DNA of 64,000 nucleotides from Spirochaetota bacterium (GTDB taxonomy: Bacteria; Spirochaetota; JAHITG01; JAFGFC01): the NCBI GenBank assembly GCA_016931325.1, contig JAFGFC010000071.1, forward strand, positions 11,379 through 75,378. The letters run 5' to 3'. Position 1 is the stretch's first letter, and each line of letters begins with the position of its first letter. A model generated the notes under the pieces. The model was given only the letters and a program-made list of their open reading frames with translations. It was not told the origin of the DNA and made no database searches. Made by a program: the position numbers and the translations under genes. Shown here piece by piece: positions 40,142 through 50,529 of this stretch.

Positions 40142-41224
40142 TTATTCATCTATGAACTTTTTTTTGAGATCCTCATCTTCAGACAATTCCTCAACGATCT
40201 TTTTGATCTCCTGCTCTCTGGATTTATCCATAACCAGAAGAGCATTTTTACTTTTCACTATAATAAGATTATTAACGCCCAGGGTAACCACCAGGTCACC
40301 GTCACTTACAATAATAGAATTTTTTGTATCCTGTCCTTTCCATAATGATTTTATAATATTTCGATCAGGATCAACACCTGTCACTCTTTCCAAAGCGGTC
40401 CAGGAACCAACATCATCCCAGGTGAATCTGGATTTCAAACACAGGACATTATCCGCATGTTCCATGACCCCATAGTCAATGGATATCCTTGGCAGAGCGT
40501 GGAAAACGTCATGAACAGCCCTGTCTTCTTCGTCCGTGTCCATAACATCCTGAATCTGCATTAATCCCTCAAAAAGTTCCTTCATATGCTTTTCGATCGC
40601 TTCCATAATGGAAGGTATAGTCCATATGAACATACCGCTGTTCCATACAAAATTTCCTTTTTCATTATACATTTTAGCGGTTGCATAATCAGGTTTCTCT
40701 TTAAAGCTTTTAACCTCATAAGCAGGGGTATCATAAGTATCATTGATGATCTCTCCCAGTTCTATATGACCATACCCTGTCGAGATCCTTGTCGGCTGTA
40801 TCCCAAAGGTGATAAGACACCCTGTCTCTTTGGCGATCCTGGAGGCGTTGAAAAGGTCCTTTTGGAAGAGATCCTTCTCTTTTATTGTATGATCAGCCGG
40901 GAGAACAGCCACCACAGACCCGGGAGATCTTTTGTTCACCATGGTAACAGCGAAACCTATGGCTGCGGCCGTATCTTTTGGCATGGGTTCAATGATAAAA
41001 TTTTCATCGGGAAAATCTTTTATAATCGCTTTTATGGGAGGGACAAGATCTTTTCTTGTGGAGATAAAAATATCTTCTGTTTTTACCAGCCCTTCCAGCC
41101 TTTCGATGGTCTCTTCCAGCATGGTCTTTGAACTGACAATAGGTAAAAGCTGTTTTGGCTTTGTAAGACGGCTAAAAGGCCAGAATCTCTCCCCCTTTCC
41201 GCCGGCCAGAATGATAATCTTCAT
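40142..41224 (-). CDS. Mannose-1-phosphate guanylyltransferase-like sugar nucleotidyltransferase
   Basis: MKIIILAGGKGERFWPFSRLTKPKQLL is the G-x-G-T-R-hmm NTP-transferase N-terminus. 360 aa with no cupin domain. Confidence 0.7.
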   Translation of the reverse strand: MKIIILAGGKGERFWPFSRLTKPKQLLPIVSSKTMLEETIERLEGLVKTEDIFISTRKDLVPPIKAIIKDFPDENFIIEPMPKDTAAAIGFAVTMVNKRSPGSVVAVLPADHTIKEKDLFQKDLFNASRIAKETGCLITFGIQPTRISTGYGHIELGEIINDTYDTPAYEVKSFKEKPDYATAKMYNEKGNFVWNSGMFIWTIPSIMEAIEKHMKELFEGLMQIQDVMDTDEEDRAVHDVFHALPRISIDYGVMEHADNVLCLKSRFTWDDVGSWTALERVTGVDPDRNIIKSLWKGQDTKNSIIVSDGDLVVTLGVNNLIIVKSKNALLVMDKSREQEIKKIVEELSEDEDLKKKFIDE

Positions 41225-41231
41225 TTTGTCC

Positions 41232-41432
41232 TTAATTTCTTATATCTTTTCTTCTTTTTTTCTCTAATTTTCTGCGCGCTTTATTTTCTTTGTCTCTTTT
41301 TAACTTGGAAGGCTTAATATAGAACATGTGTTCTTTGGCTTTGGCTGTGATCCCTTCTTTTTCAACAAGCTTGTTAAACCTTCTTAAAGCATCATCCAGA
41401 GTTTCTCTTTCGCGTATGTTCACTCTTACCAT
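41232..41432 (-). CDS. rpsU: 30S ribosomal protein S21
   Basis: MVRVNIRERETLDDALRRFNKLVEKEGI...FYIKPSKLKR fits the S21 pattern V.V.ENE..D.ALRRFK...EK.G...FYEKP. Confidence 0.7.
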   Translation of the reverse strand: MVRVNIRERETLDDALRRFNKLVEKEGITAKAKEHMFYIKPSKLKRDKENKARRKLEKKRRKDIRN

Positions 41433-41485
41433 TTATTTTTCACAACCTTTTTTGTAAAAAATTTTGGAATAATTTATCATTTTTA

Positions 41486-41908
41486 TTATAAAGTTTCAAG
41501 TTTTTCTTTAAAATAAACCCTGAAAAAATCAACGATCTGATGACCATTAAAAGTAGGGATACATTCATAATCAATGACAGGATAGAACTCTTTGTTAAAT
41601 TCCAGGTCCTGTTGGGACAGGCCATTTAAATATTTTTCAATGCCTTCATATTTCCCTCTGATGAACTTGCGTCGGATCTCATCATTGGGCAGCTTGTTGA
41701 CATAGGATTTGATCCGCCCCAGTCTTTCCTCTAACATTTTACCGGCCTGTTCATACTGCCCCGCATCAAATTTCTCTCTTATTTCATCCGGCAGAGATTG
41801 CCTGAAATTGTTCAATCTTTTAGTCAGCCTGTTTTTTAAAGAGTCCCCACAGGCCAGCAAAGATAAAATAACAGAACCGACAATAACAATCATTATCTTT
41901 CTTTTCAT
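41486..41908 (-). CDS. Hypothetical lipoprotein
   Basis: Signal peptide with lipobox LLACG. Confidence 0.4.
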   Translation of the reverse strand: MKRKIMIVIVGSVILSLLACGDSLKNRLTKRLNNFRQSLPDEIREKFDAGQYEQAGKMLEERLGRIKSYVNKLPNDEIRRKFIRGKYEGIEKYLNGLSQQDLEFNKEFYPVIDYECIPTFNGHQIVDFFRVYFKEKLETL

Positions 41909-42903
41909 TGTTTTCCCCCGTTCGTTTGACTGACCGGCATTGTTTTGTCTTCTTTCTCGATCATGGTCAATTCAACCATATTTTTCTTCAGATCATCAAT
42001 AATCATTTTATCAATACTGAAGATCAGATCGTTATCCGTCCATTTAGCATAATATACACCCTCATTTTTTACTTCATTGCCCACGGTTAATGTATAAGAC
42101 CTGTCTGCCTTCAATCTGATCGTTATCGGCGGGAACAGCAAGGAAGTCTGAGCCAGGCTTACTTTCAACGGACCGTCATAATACTTTCTGGCTTTGAGCT
42201 CAGAAAGGGGTAATAGAATACGTGTCACCTGTTCTTCCTTCAGGTTTGTTTTAATAACGGGTTTTGTGAGGCGCCATGGTCCCTCTTCTCTTTGAAGACG
42301 GTATCTGGTCTTATCCAGGCTCAGATCTATTTCTTTCACATCTGTCACTTTTACCTTGAAGATATCCTTATCGCGGAAATAAAAGACATCCTTATCGATA
42401 ATGGATTCTGTAAAATTCTCAAGAATGACAAGCCTGGGATCATTCTCCAATTTGGCGTAAAAACCGCTGAAATCAGGATTCTGGTTCCCTATGGAAAGCC
42501 TGTACATCTTCTGATTCTTGCCCTTTCCGGTAAAAACGTTCAGGATCAGTTTCGGTTTATCCAGTCCATACACTGCCAGATCAGGCAAGTTTTCACCTAC
42601 CACTTTCTCAATGATCAGGTCTTTTATATCAGAAATGTAAGCATCAACATCTATTTTTGAAGCTGAAAGCACACGGGGTTTGCTGATCCTCCAATCATTT
42701 ATCATTCGTTCCACTTCAATAATACTGTCATTTTTTATGATTTCGAATTTATTCACATCGGCAAGAACAAATTGAAATATCCTGTCTTTTTCTTCTTCAT
42801 CAGGCTTCCTTGGCAATTCGACAATAATAAAATAGGCCAGAAGAACGACCAAAATCCCGAGTGTGATAAAAAGTTTTCTTGTATTTATCTTCTTCGCCAC
42901 CAT
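41905..42903 (-). CDS. DUF4340-like membrane-anchored protein (downstream partner of gldG-like genes)
   Basis: N-terminal TM. Its position right after the GldG-like gene matches the conserved gldA-gldF-gldG-DUF4340 arrangement, assigned from memory. Confidence 0.4.
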   Translation of the reverse strand: MVAKKINTRKLFITLGILVVLLAYFIIVELPRKPDEEEKDRIFQFVLADVNKFEIIKNDSIIEVERMINDWRISKPRVLSASKIDVDAYISDIKDLIIEKVVGENLPDLAVYGLDKPKLILNVFTGKGKNQKMYRLSIGNQNPDFSGFYAKLENDPRLVILENFTESIIDKDVFYFRDKDIFKVKVTDVKEIDLSLDKTRYRLQREEGPWRLTKPVIKTNLKEEQVTRILLPLSELKARKYYDGPLKVSLAQTSLLFPPITIRLKADRSYTLTVGNEVKNEGVYYAKWTDNDLIFSIDKMIIDDLKKNMVELTMIEKEDKTMPVSQTNGGKQ

Positions 42904-44507
42904 ATAAATACCCCTGCAAAAATAACCAATGCCGGCAATATAAAAACACAGGTATAGAGAATAAAATTTATCTTTTGCTGAGTCAGCATGATCTCTCTTA
43001 TCTGGGGAGTTTTACTCCTTATACCGATCAATTCCTCCTTTCCGGCCACCCAGTTTATCGCGTTAAGGAGAAAATCCAGATTCCCGTAGGATGAGATACT
43101 GTAATTGGAGGCAAAATCAGAATCTCCGATCACAACCAGCCTGATATCTTTGTTATTGTCAAGTTTTTTTTCAAGAGCCACCATGATGGTTATCGGCCCT
43201 TTTTTATCCGAGCCGGGATTAAACTTGAGCTCCTTTGGCCTGGACTCACTCTCAACCCAGCTCTCATCTGAAGTCCTGGCAATAGGTTGAATATCAACTC
43301 CTTGCGGTTTTTTATCCAGTATTTCAACTGGCGTCACCGTGGGAAAAAATGTGGCAAATTTAAGTTTTTCGGTTATTTTATGAAAGCTGTATTCAGTAAT
43401 AAGCGGAATAATAGGTTGGAACCAGTAAGAACTCTTCGGATCAACGACAAACTTATTGGATGTTCTGATCCCCCATTTATTTAAAAGAGGATTAAAATCG
43501 GCTTTGACGAACGGTTCCAGAAGGATCAACAGATGGCCACCCTCATCCAGATATTTATCCAGGATCTCAAATTCTCTGGGACTATAGTTCTTCTGCGGCG
43601 CCCCTATAATGAGAACATCACAATCAGACGGGACCTTGCCCAGGGACGGCAGATAGACCTTGTCGATAATATAATTTTCATCGGCTATCTTTATTTTTGT
43701 TGTTGACCATCCTGTTTTTTCATCATCCTCAAGGTCCACTTCCCCATGGCCTGAGGAAAAATAGATCTTTTTCTTGGACTTCGTCACCCGTAAAATAGCG
43801 CTGGAGATATCTTTTTCTATGTTCTCTTTCAATAAGAGCTGAGGCTGCACACGACCGCCTACCTGCCTGTAATCAAACTTTAATACATCAACTTCTTCCT
43901 TTAACCCATTACAGAGGATGATGACACTCCCGAAAAGCCTCTGCCCTCCGTAAGGCAGGCCAATGCTCCTGACATTATATTCTTTCGCCATCTGGGGTTT
44001 GCGGTCAGGATCAACGATCTCCAGTTCGATCTGAGAAGAGCGGGCTTTGTACTCTTTTAAAAGATCTTCAACTGTGCTGATCATCGATACTTCACTTCGG
44101 AAAAAGATCATTTTAATTTTCTTTTCTGATTTCTTGATCTCTTTTAATAAATTGATCGTATGATCAGACAGCGTAAAACGGCCTTCCGAGGTCAGATCTG
44201 TTCTAAAGAACCGTTTGCTGGCAATAAGGTTTACAACGACAAGGATACCCAGAATGATAAGGATATAAGATATTTTTTGCGTGAAAACATCCCACTGAAA
44301 TTCTTTTAAGAACTTTTTTACCTGCTCAAGATGGAAAAAGAATAAAAATCCCACACCCACAAGCCCCAGGCCAAGCAGAATGAATCCGACCAGGTTATTA
44401 TCAGCAATAAGGATCCATGACAACCCGATAAAAAGAAAGATCAGGGTCATGACAATGATAATTCTTTCAAATTCTATATTCTTTAACTTTTCCATGCTAA
44501 GCCTCAT
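42885..44507 (-). CDS. GldG-like ABC-transporter auxiliary component
   Basis: 540 aa. N-terminal TM helices, a large extracytoplasmic domain and a C-terminal TM (ILYTCVFILPALVIFAGVFIWWRRR). Confidence 0.55.
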   Translation of the reverse strand: MRLSMEKLKNIEFERIIIVMTLIFLFIGLSWILIADNNLVGFILLGLGLVGVGFLFFFHLEQVKKFLKEFQWDVFTQKISYILIILGILVVVNLIASKRFFRTDLTSEGRFTLSDHTINLLKEIKKSEKKIKMIFFRSEVSMISTVEDLLKEYKARSSQIELEIVDPDRKPQMAKEYNVRSIGLPYGGQRLFGSVIILCNGLKEEVDVLKFDYRQVGGRVQPQLLLKENIEKDISSAILRVTKSKKKIYFSSGHGEVDLEDDEKTGWSTTKIKIADENYIIDKVYLPSLGKVPSDCDVLIIGAPQKNYSPREFEILDKYLDEGGHLLILLEPFVKADFNPLLNKWGIRTSNKFVVDPKSSYWFQPIIPLITEYSFHKITEKLKFATFFPTVTPVEILDKKPQGVDIQPIARTSDESWVESESRPKELKFNPGSDKKGPITIMVALEKKLDNNKDIRLVVIGDSDFASNYSISSYGNLDFLLNAINWVAGKEELIGIRSKTPQIREIMLTQQKINFILYTCVFILPALVIFAGVFIWWRRR

Positions 44508-45223
44508 TTCACGGTTTCTCTTGATTCCAAAAGCCTCACGGATAAAAACAGGTTAAATCCGATAACGGTCAGATAAAATATAACATGCTTGCTGTCAATG
44601 ATCCCTTTGGTAAAATCTTCAAAATGCTTTAAAAAAGATAAATATTGTAATATATCCTGCATAGGCCGGCCAAAATAATTACCGATCCAGCCTATAATCC
44701 AGAAAACAAGAAGAGCGATAAGCGTCAGTATCCCTGAAACGATCTGATTTTTTGTGGTCAAAGAAAGCAAGATACCAATGGCGATATAAGCTGATTCAAG
44801 AAGAATAAAACCAATATAACCTGTTATGATCGGTCCGATGTCAGGACGGCCGAAGATGAACAGAATGATCAGATAATACAAAGTAAAACTGGTATAGATA
44901 AGAAATAAAAGCAGGGCTCCGAAAAATTTGCCAAGGATGATCTGGGTTTCAGTTATGGGGGAAGTTAATAACAATTCAATGGTGCCTGTCTTTTTTTCTT
45001 CTGAAAAAAGCCTCATAGTTATGAACGGGGTCAATAAAAAAGCTAAAAATCCCATAAAATTAAGGAAAAAAGGCATTACTCTGGCTGCATCCCTTACTTC
45101 AAATACATAGATATAGAAATAATACCCTCCAACAAAAAGGAAGACAAAGAGCACCACATAGGCCACAAACGAGGCAAAATAATGATTTATTTCCTTCTTT
45201 ATAATCGATAAAATATTATTCAT
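44504..45223 (-). CDS. ABC-2 type transporter permease (GldF-like)
   Basis: Six predicted TM helices. Translationally coupled to the flanking genes. Confidence 0.6.
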   Translation of the reverse strand: MNNILSIIKKEINHYFASFVAYVVLFVFLFVGGYYFYIYVFEVRDAARVMPFFLNFMGFLAFLLTPFITMRLFSEEKKTGTIELLLTSPITETQIILGKFFGALLLFLIYTSFTLYYLIILFIFGRPDIGPIITGYIGFILLESAYIAIGILLSLTTKNQIVSGILTLIALLVFWIIGWIGNYFGRPMQDILQYLSFLKHFEDFTKGIIDSKHVIFYLTVIGFNLFLSVRLLESRETVK

Positions 45224-45239
45224 GACCTTTCCTTATCCC

Positions 45240-46175
45240 TTACTTTTCCTTCGTTAATCTGGCAAAGACCTCTTCCAGAGACAGGGTCATTTTAGCCAGT
45301 TCCAGAAGAGAAAACCCGCCTTTGACGATCTTTGAGGCGATATCTTTTCTCATGTCCTTGCCTTTTTCCGAGATCACCATGATCTCATTTTCATCATTTT
45401 GCCTGTTTAACAGCTTGACATCAACCACACCATTTATTTTGATCAAGACCTCTTTGATCTTTTCAAAATCTCCTGCCGCGATGAGGCGGTTTTTCTGACC
45501 GCTTTCCATATCCTGTAACAGCTTTTCCTGGGTATCAACCGCTACCAGTTTTCCTTCACTGATAATAATGACACGGTCACAAACCGCGCTGACTTCCTGT
45601 AAAATATGAGTACTGAGAATGATTGTATGATCTTTGCCCAGCTCTTTTATCAGTTTTCTTATCTGAAGTATTTGATTGGGATCCAGCCCCACCGTCGGTT
45701 CATCAAGGATCAATACCTTGGGATTCCCGATAAGGGCCTGAGCCAGTCCGACCCTCTGCCTGTAACCTTTGGAAAGGGTATTGATCAGATTATTATGCAG
45801 TTTTTTTTCAATTCCGACCCGCGAGAGTACCTCAAGAATATGCTTTTCCTTTTCTTCTTTTTGTATTCCCCTGAGATCAGCAAAAAATCCAAGATAGGAA
45901 AAAACAGGCATATCCAGGTAAAGCGGAACATTTTCAGGCATATATCCGATCAAAGTCTTTGCTTTTACGGGATCTTCCATAACATTGATACCCCCGACCG
46001 TGACTTCTCCCTTTGTCGGATAGAGGTATCCTGAGATCACCCTCATGGTGGTAGTCTTGCCGGCGGCATTAGGGCCCAAAAACCCTACGATCTCGCCTTT
46101 TTCAACATTGAAACTAATGCCATCGACAGCTTTGGTAGTTCTAAAATATTTAACCAGATTTTTTACTGTTATCAA
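45240..46175 (-). CDS. ABC transporter ATP-binding protein (GldA-like)
   Basis: Walker A GPNAAGKTT, signature LSKGYRQRVGLAQAL, Walker B LILDEPTVGLD. Confidence 0.85.
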   Translation of the reverse strand: MITVKNLVKYFRTTKAVDGISFNVEKGEIVGFLGPNAAGKTTTMRVISGYLYPTKGEVTVGGINVMEDPVKAKTLIGYMPENVPLYLDMPVFSYLGFFADLRGIQKEEKEKHILEVLSRVGIEKKLHNNLINTLSKGYRQRVGLAQALIGNPKVLILDEPTVGLDPNQILQIRKLIKELGKDHTIILSTHILQEVSAVCDRVIIISEGKLVAVDTQEKLLQDMESGQKNRLIAAGDFEKIKEVLIKINGVVDVKLLNRQNDENEIMVISEKGKDMRKDIASKIVKGGFSLLELAKMTLSLEEVFARLTKEK

Positions 46176-46258
46176 TTGACGTCCTCATGTATAATGAATT
46201 GTATAATTTAACAACAAAAAAGAGAATGTCAAGCCTATTTTTCGTTCATGGTTCATAG

Positions 46259-46306
46259 CCGAGCCTTCAGGCTCGGGGATTATAATTTCCGAACCTTAAG
46301 GTTCGG
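46259..46306. repeat. Two adjacent short palindromes in the divergent promoter region: CCGAGCC-TTCA-GGCTCGG (REP-like copy 2) and CCGAACC-TTAA-GGTTCGG
   Basis: Both are perfect 7-bp stems with 4-nt loops, 12 nt apart. Confidence 0.5.
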
Positions 46307-46350
46307 CTTTTAGATTGACATTCCTGAAGATGAGTGATATATTATAAATA

Positions 46351-47007
46351 ATGAGAATATTCATTATCTTTTTAACCCTGTTGCTTGTTTTATCAAACGC
46401 GGGAAAAGCAGCGCCTGAATCACCCAATCGGTTTATCATCCTTGGCGGAATTATTGGAGGCATTGAACTGATACATGGGATCGTTCAGATCTTTTCGGAT
46501 GATGAAGAAACCATTAATACCAATTTATCCCAGGAGGAAAAAAAAGAGATAAATGATCTCTTAAAACCTTCTGATCTGTTAGATATTCTGAAAAAAAAAG
46601 ACTCGGAAATAAGCTCTTCCGTCTCAAATCTTACGGCACAAGAAAAAACCTCCCTCACGACCAATACCAATATCACAGTAAAAAATGAAAAAGAATCAAA
46701 ACCTGTGCCTGAGGAAGTTGATGTTATCCCAACCGAAGAAGATGAATATTTTACCTTTAAGATAACCAGTTTAACCTATAAAACCATAAAAAAATACAAA
46801 AAAGGGGCTGTAGACTATTATGAAGTGGGAGTGGCTTATTTTAATGCTGACAAGAAAAAGAAGGCCCGGGAGTACCTTTTGCACACCGTCGCCATTAACG
46901 TGAGGAAGGATGAAGCCATTGATTTTCTCATCCATAACTATGCCATGACCCGTCAGGAAATAATGAAAGAGAAGAAAAAATATATAAAATTAAAAGATAA
47001 AGATTGA
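46351..47007 (+). CDS. Hypothetical secreted protein
   Basis: Signal peptide MRIFIIFLTLLLVLSNAGKAA. A TTGACA-17-TATATT promoter ends 7 nt before the ATG, so the transcript may be leaderless. Confidence 0.4.
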   Translation: MRIFIIFLTLLLVLSNAGKAAPESPNRFIILGGIIGGIELIHGIVQIFSDDEETINTNLSQEEKKEINDLLKPSDLLDILKKKDSEISSSVSNLTAQEKTSLTTNTNITVKNEKESKPVPEEVDVIPTEEDEYFTFKITSLTYKTIKKYKKGAVDYYEVGVAYFNADKKKKAREYLLHTVAINVRKDEAIDFLIHNYAMTRQEIMKEKKKYIKLKDKD

Positions 47008-47149
47008 ATGGTTCCAGGCTTCAGGAGCCTCTTCCCCTATTATTTGCCATCCATGAACTATTATTTTAAAAAGGGGCAAAAAGTACCTGGCATCGCTGGC
47101 CCAAGATTAAACTTGACATCCATTAAAAAACATGTAAATTAGGTTAATT

Positions 47150-48127
47150 ATGGTGGAAATAAGCGGTCAGCTAACATTTGATGACAGTCCACTGATATTA
47201 AAATTCAATACGGCCGTAGATTATATACGAAATGGTGAATTTAACAAGGCATTGGAAAATATGGAAGACATTTTAAACACAAGTCCTGATTTTCCCGGGC
47301 TGCTGGAAGGGATCAAGAGCGTGAAATTCTGGCAGAACCGATGGCTCAAGGTTATGAGGACTCAACCGGGAAAAGAACAGTCTGATCTTTTACTTGATGA
47401 GTGGGCTCAATACGAGAAATACTGGAACTCTTTTCCTTCTCATTCGGAAAAGATCCTTATCACCATTAAAAATTTGATCTATAAAAAAATCATTAAAAAT
47501 CTGATCGCCGCTTTTAAAAATTCAGAGGTTCCCAATGTCACCATCCTGATCAAGATGGGAATGATCTTTTTAGAAATAGATGAATATATTAAAGCCATTG
47601 AGACTCTGGAATATGCCCGTATGTTCAAGAAAAAGGATTCCCATATTCTGGGTCTTTTAGCTGAAGCCTACGCAAGGCAGGGGAATATTCAAAAAGCGAA
47701 ATCTCTTTTCAGAGAAGCCTTTTTATATAACCCCCTGGAAGTTGATCTGGGTGTTATAAGATCAGAAATGATAACAGATATAACCAAACAGATACAAGAA
47801 CAGAAGGTCGACCCTAAACTGCTTGGGGAATGGATACCGGTTTACGGGACAGTCATGAATGTTTTTAACATTAAAAGGGAATTATCGATTGAGGAAATCA
47901 ACAAGCTGGCCACTGAAGCCGAAGAGATGGAAAAAGACTTTTATAATGAAAAATTTAACCATGAAACGATCCTGCCGAAACTTATCAACCGTTACCTCTG
48001 GATCATCGATTACTACGTCTTCCAATCTCCCAACAAAGAATATACTAGAATATATATGAACAAACTGAAAGAAGTTCATCCGCAGATCTACGAACGTTAT
48101 TTCAGCTTGATCAATTTAAAGAACTAA
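47150..48127 (+). CDS. Hypothetical cytoplasmic TPR-like helical protein
   Basis: No signal peptide. A TPR-like segment (...YIKAIETLEYARMFKKKDSHILGLLAEAYARQGNIQKAKSLFREAF). Confidence 0.4.
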   Translation: MVEISGQLTFDDSPLILKFNTAVDYIRNGEFNKALENMEDILNTSPDFPGLLEGIKSVKFWQNRWLKVMRTQPGKEQSDLLLDEWAQYEKYWNSFPSHSEKILITIKNLIYKKIIKNLIAAFKNSEVPNVTILIKMGMIFLEIDEYIKAIETLEYARMFKKKDSHILGLLAEAYARQGNIQKAKSLFREAFLYNPLEVDLGVIRSEMITDITKQIQEQKVDPKLLGEWIPVYGTVMNVFNIKRELSIEEINKLATEAEEMEKDFYNEKFNHETILPKLINRYLWIIDYYVFQSPNKEYTRIYMNKLKEVHPQIYERYFSLINLKN

Positions 48128-48155
48128 ATACCAAATCTACAAAAAGGGGAAAGAA

Positions 48156-50387
48156 ATGTCACAACAAGAAATCCTAAAAAGTATAGAAGATTTACTTAAT
48201 GAGGAAAAATGGAGCAAATTCCAGTTAAGCGAGTATAATGTTAAAAAATTCAAAACCATAGATAAAACTCTTTCTAAAGTAAAAGGCGACGATCTTGTCG
48301 ACAGTGTTATCAAGATCAGTAAAGAGTATCTCGATAAAAACGAACTTAATATTGTCGCCAAATATATGCTTTCTGTATTGAGCTTTGATAAGGATAAAGA
48401 GTTATTCTATTCCGGATTTGAAAAGATCATAGATAATTTTAAAGAAAGGGAGAAATGGGGTATTGTGGAACATCTATGCCGGAAAATGCTTGATCTGGAA
48501 GAAAATGAGTTCGGATTAAAATGCCTCATCGAAAGCCTTCGATTTTTAAATAAATCGTCCGAGATCATTGAGATCCAGAAAAAACTGCTCAAACTCAATC
48601 CTGAAGACGCCTCGACCTGCCTTTCCATTGCTAAATTCAATGAACAGGAAAAAAACAACAAGGAGGCGATCCATTACTACAAGCAGGCCATACGGGTCTT
48701 TATCAATCAGAAAAACACAAAAATGGTCGAAGATATTTGGTTAAAGCTTGTGGAAATGGTAGAGGCTAAAGAGGCTAATTTTTTCCTTGAAATGGAAAAT
48801 CCATTAAAATCTAATTTTTCAGCTGAATTCATTTCCACACTCTTCAGTATCCTGTTACCAAAATTAGTCAAGATAAAGGAATATGATTTTTCCATAGACA
48901 TATTAAAAAAAATGCTGGATTATTCTCCCAAGAACAGGGAATATAGAGATAAATTAATAGAAGTCTACTCTGCCAAGTACAAAGGTCACTCTCAGCTGGA
49001 AGAACTTCTCAAGTCCTCCGGATTAAAAATGTGGTGGAAGGATGTTAACCAGGCTGTCTCGTTATTTGATAAACAGATCAAATTTGATGTGGGGGTCTTT
49101 GTTGACCATCACAGCTGGGGTACAGGAAAAATAATCAATATTACAAAAGATCAGATTGAAGTGGATTTTCCTGAAAATCCGGAACACAGAATGTCATTTG
49201 ATATGGCTCTTAATACGCTCCAGATCCTGGCGCCTGACCATGTGAAAGTAAAAAAAAGATACGAGCCGGATAAAATAAAAGAGATCGCCTTGAAAAAACC
49301 GGTCACATTTATAGAAATGACCGTTAAAAGTACTCCTGAACTGGAAATTTCCCTGGATGATCTGAAAGATGATATCGCCAAAGGCATTATCCCCTCAAAA
49401 GACTGGATGAAATGGTGGAATAAAGCCAAGAAAGAGTTGAAAACCACATCCAATTTTAAGTTTATTGATGCTGAAAAGAAAATTAAATATATTGAAAGTG
49501 AAAGCTCTTTTGGAGAAATCATTCTGAATAATTTTAATAAATCTGAGGATTTCTTTGAAAAGATCAAAATTGCCTATGAATTGATCGAAAACGATATACA
49601 CAGGAAAGTAGACCTCAAGCTCTATCAACAGATCGCTGACTGGTTTATCCAGACACTGAACACAAATCTCAAAGCTCAACCCGAGTTATCTTATATATCC
49701 CTTATTGTTATACACAAGCTGGGGCAGGCCTATTCGAAGATCTCTACAAAAAAGTTGAATGTTAGCGCCCAGGACATTATTAATTCAGCCTCGAGTATAC
49801 CTGATCTTTTTAAACGTATTGATATCGTCGAATATCAGAAAATCCTTATTCAGGATATTGTTAAATACAGGGATGATTTTAACGATATCCTCTACAAGAT
49901 CATGCTTACTGAATCCAGCAAGATGTTCGATACGATCCTTGATGTTTTTATTCATAAAGGGAAACAGGACATTATTGAAAAGATCATCAATGAAGCCATC
50001 GATAATTACAGGAACTATCCTGAATTGTTCCTGTGGGTGGCCAAAAGCACCCTGACGGATGAATGGAAGGATAAATTAAAAGAAAAGATGGATGAATATA
50101 AATTCAAGATCTATGAAAGCACCTTTTTCCTTTTATCCTTTTTAGGCCGACAGATCAAAAACAAAGCCAATGCTGAAAACAATACGAAATTGCAGAAACA
50201 GATCATAAGACTGTTATTTGATAAGAACACCAATCTGTACCTTAATTACATTAAAGATTGTGCTAATAACAATAAAGATGTTTCATCAATCCTGCAACTT
50301 TTCCGTGAAAACGAGTATATCCCGACGAAACACAGAGAAAATATTATCGGTGAATTGCGCAGTATTGAAAAACCTATCATAGCCTGA
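48156..50387 (+). CDS. Hypothetical 743-aa cytoplasmic protein with a Tudor-like VxHxxFGxGxV segment
   Basis: VDHHSWGTGKIINITKDQIEV resembles the DUF3553/UvrD-C-terminal-like small beta-barrel motif. The rest is alpha-helical/TPR-like. Confidence 0.4.
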   Translation: MSQQEILKSIEDLLNEEKWSKFQLSEYNVKKFKTIDKTLSKVKGDDLVDSVIKISKEYLDKNELNIVAKYMLSVLSFDKDKELFYSGFEKIIDNFKEREKWGIVEHLCRKMLDLEENEFGLKCLIESLRFLNKSSEIIEIQKKLLKLNPEDASTCLSIAKFNEQEKNNKEAIHYYKQAIRVFINQKNTKMVEDIWLKLVEMVEAKEANFFLEMENPLKSNFSAEFISTLFSILLPKLVKIKEYDFSIDILKKMLDYSPKNREYRDKLIEVYSAKYKGHSQLEELLKSSGLKMWWKDVNQAVSLFDKQIKFDVGVFVDHHSWGTGKIINITKDQIEVDFPENPEHRMSFDMALNTLQILAPDHVKVKKRYEPDKIKEIALKKPVTFIEMTVKSTPELEISLDDLKDDIAKGIIPSKDWMKWWNKAKKELKTTSNFKFIDAEKKIKYIESESSFGEIILNNFNKSEDFFEKIKIAYELIENDIHRKVDLKLYQQIADWFIQTLNTNLKAQPELSYISLIVIHKLGQAYSKISTKKLNVSAQDIINSASSIPDLFKRIDIVEYQKILIQDIVKYRDDFNDILYKIMLTESSKMFDTILDVFIHKGKQDIIEKIINEAIDNYRNYPELFLWVAKSTLTDEWKDKLKEKMDEYKFKIYESTFFLLSFLGRQIKNKANAENNTKLQKQIIRLLFDKNTNLYLNYIKDCANNNKDVSSILQLFRENEYIPTKHRENIIGELRSIEKPIIA

Positions 50388-50529
50388 AACAGAATTGTAA
50401 TACCATTTATTTATTTTATTGAAATAAATCGATTGAAACTTGACATTCTATTTAAAAATATTTTTTTAGTTTATTACTTGATCGTTCATAAATCTTTATA
50501 AAACAGAAACGGTTTGCCAGGAGGACAGA

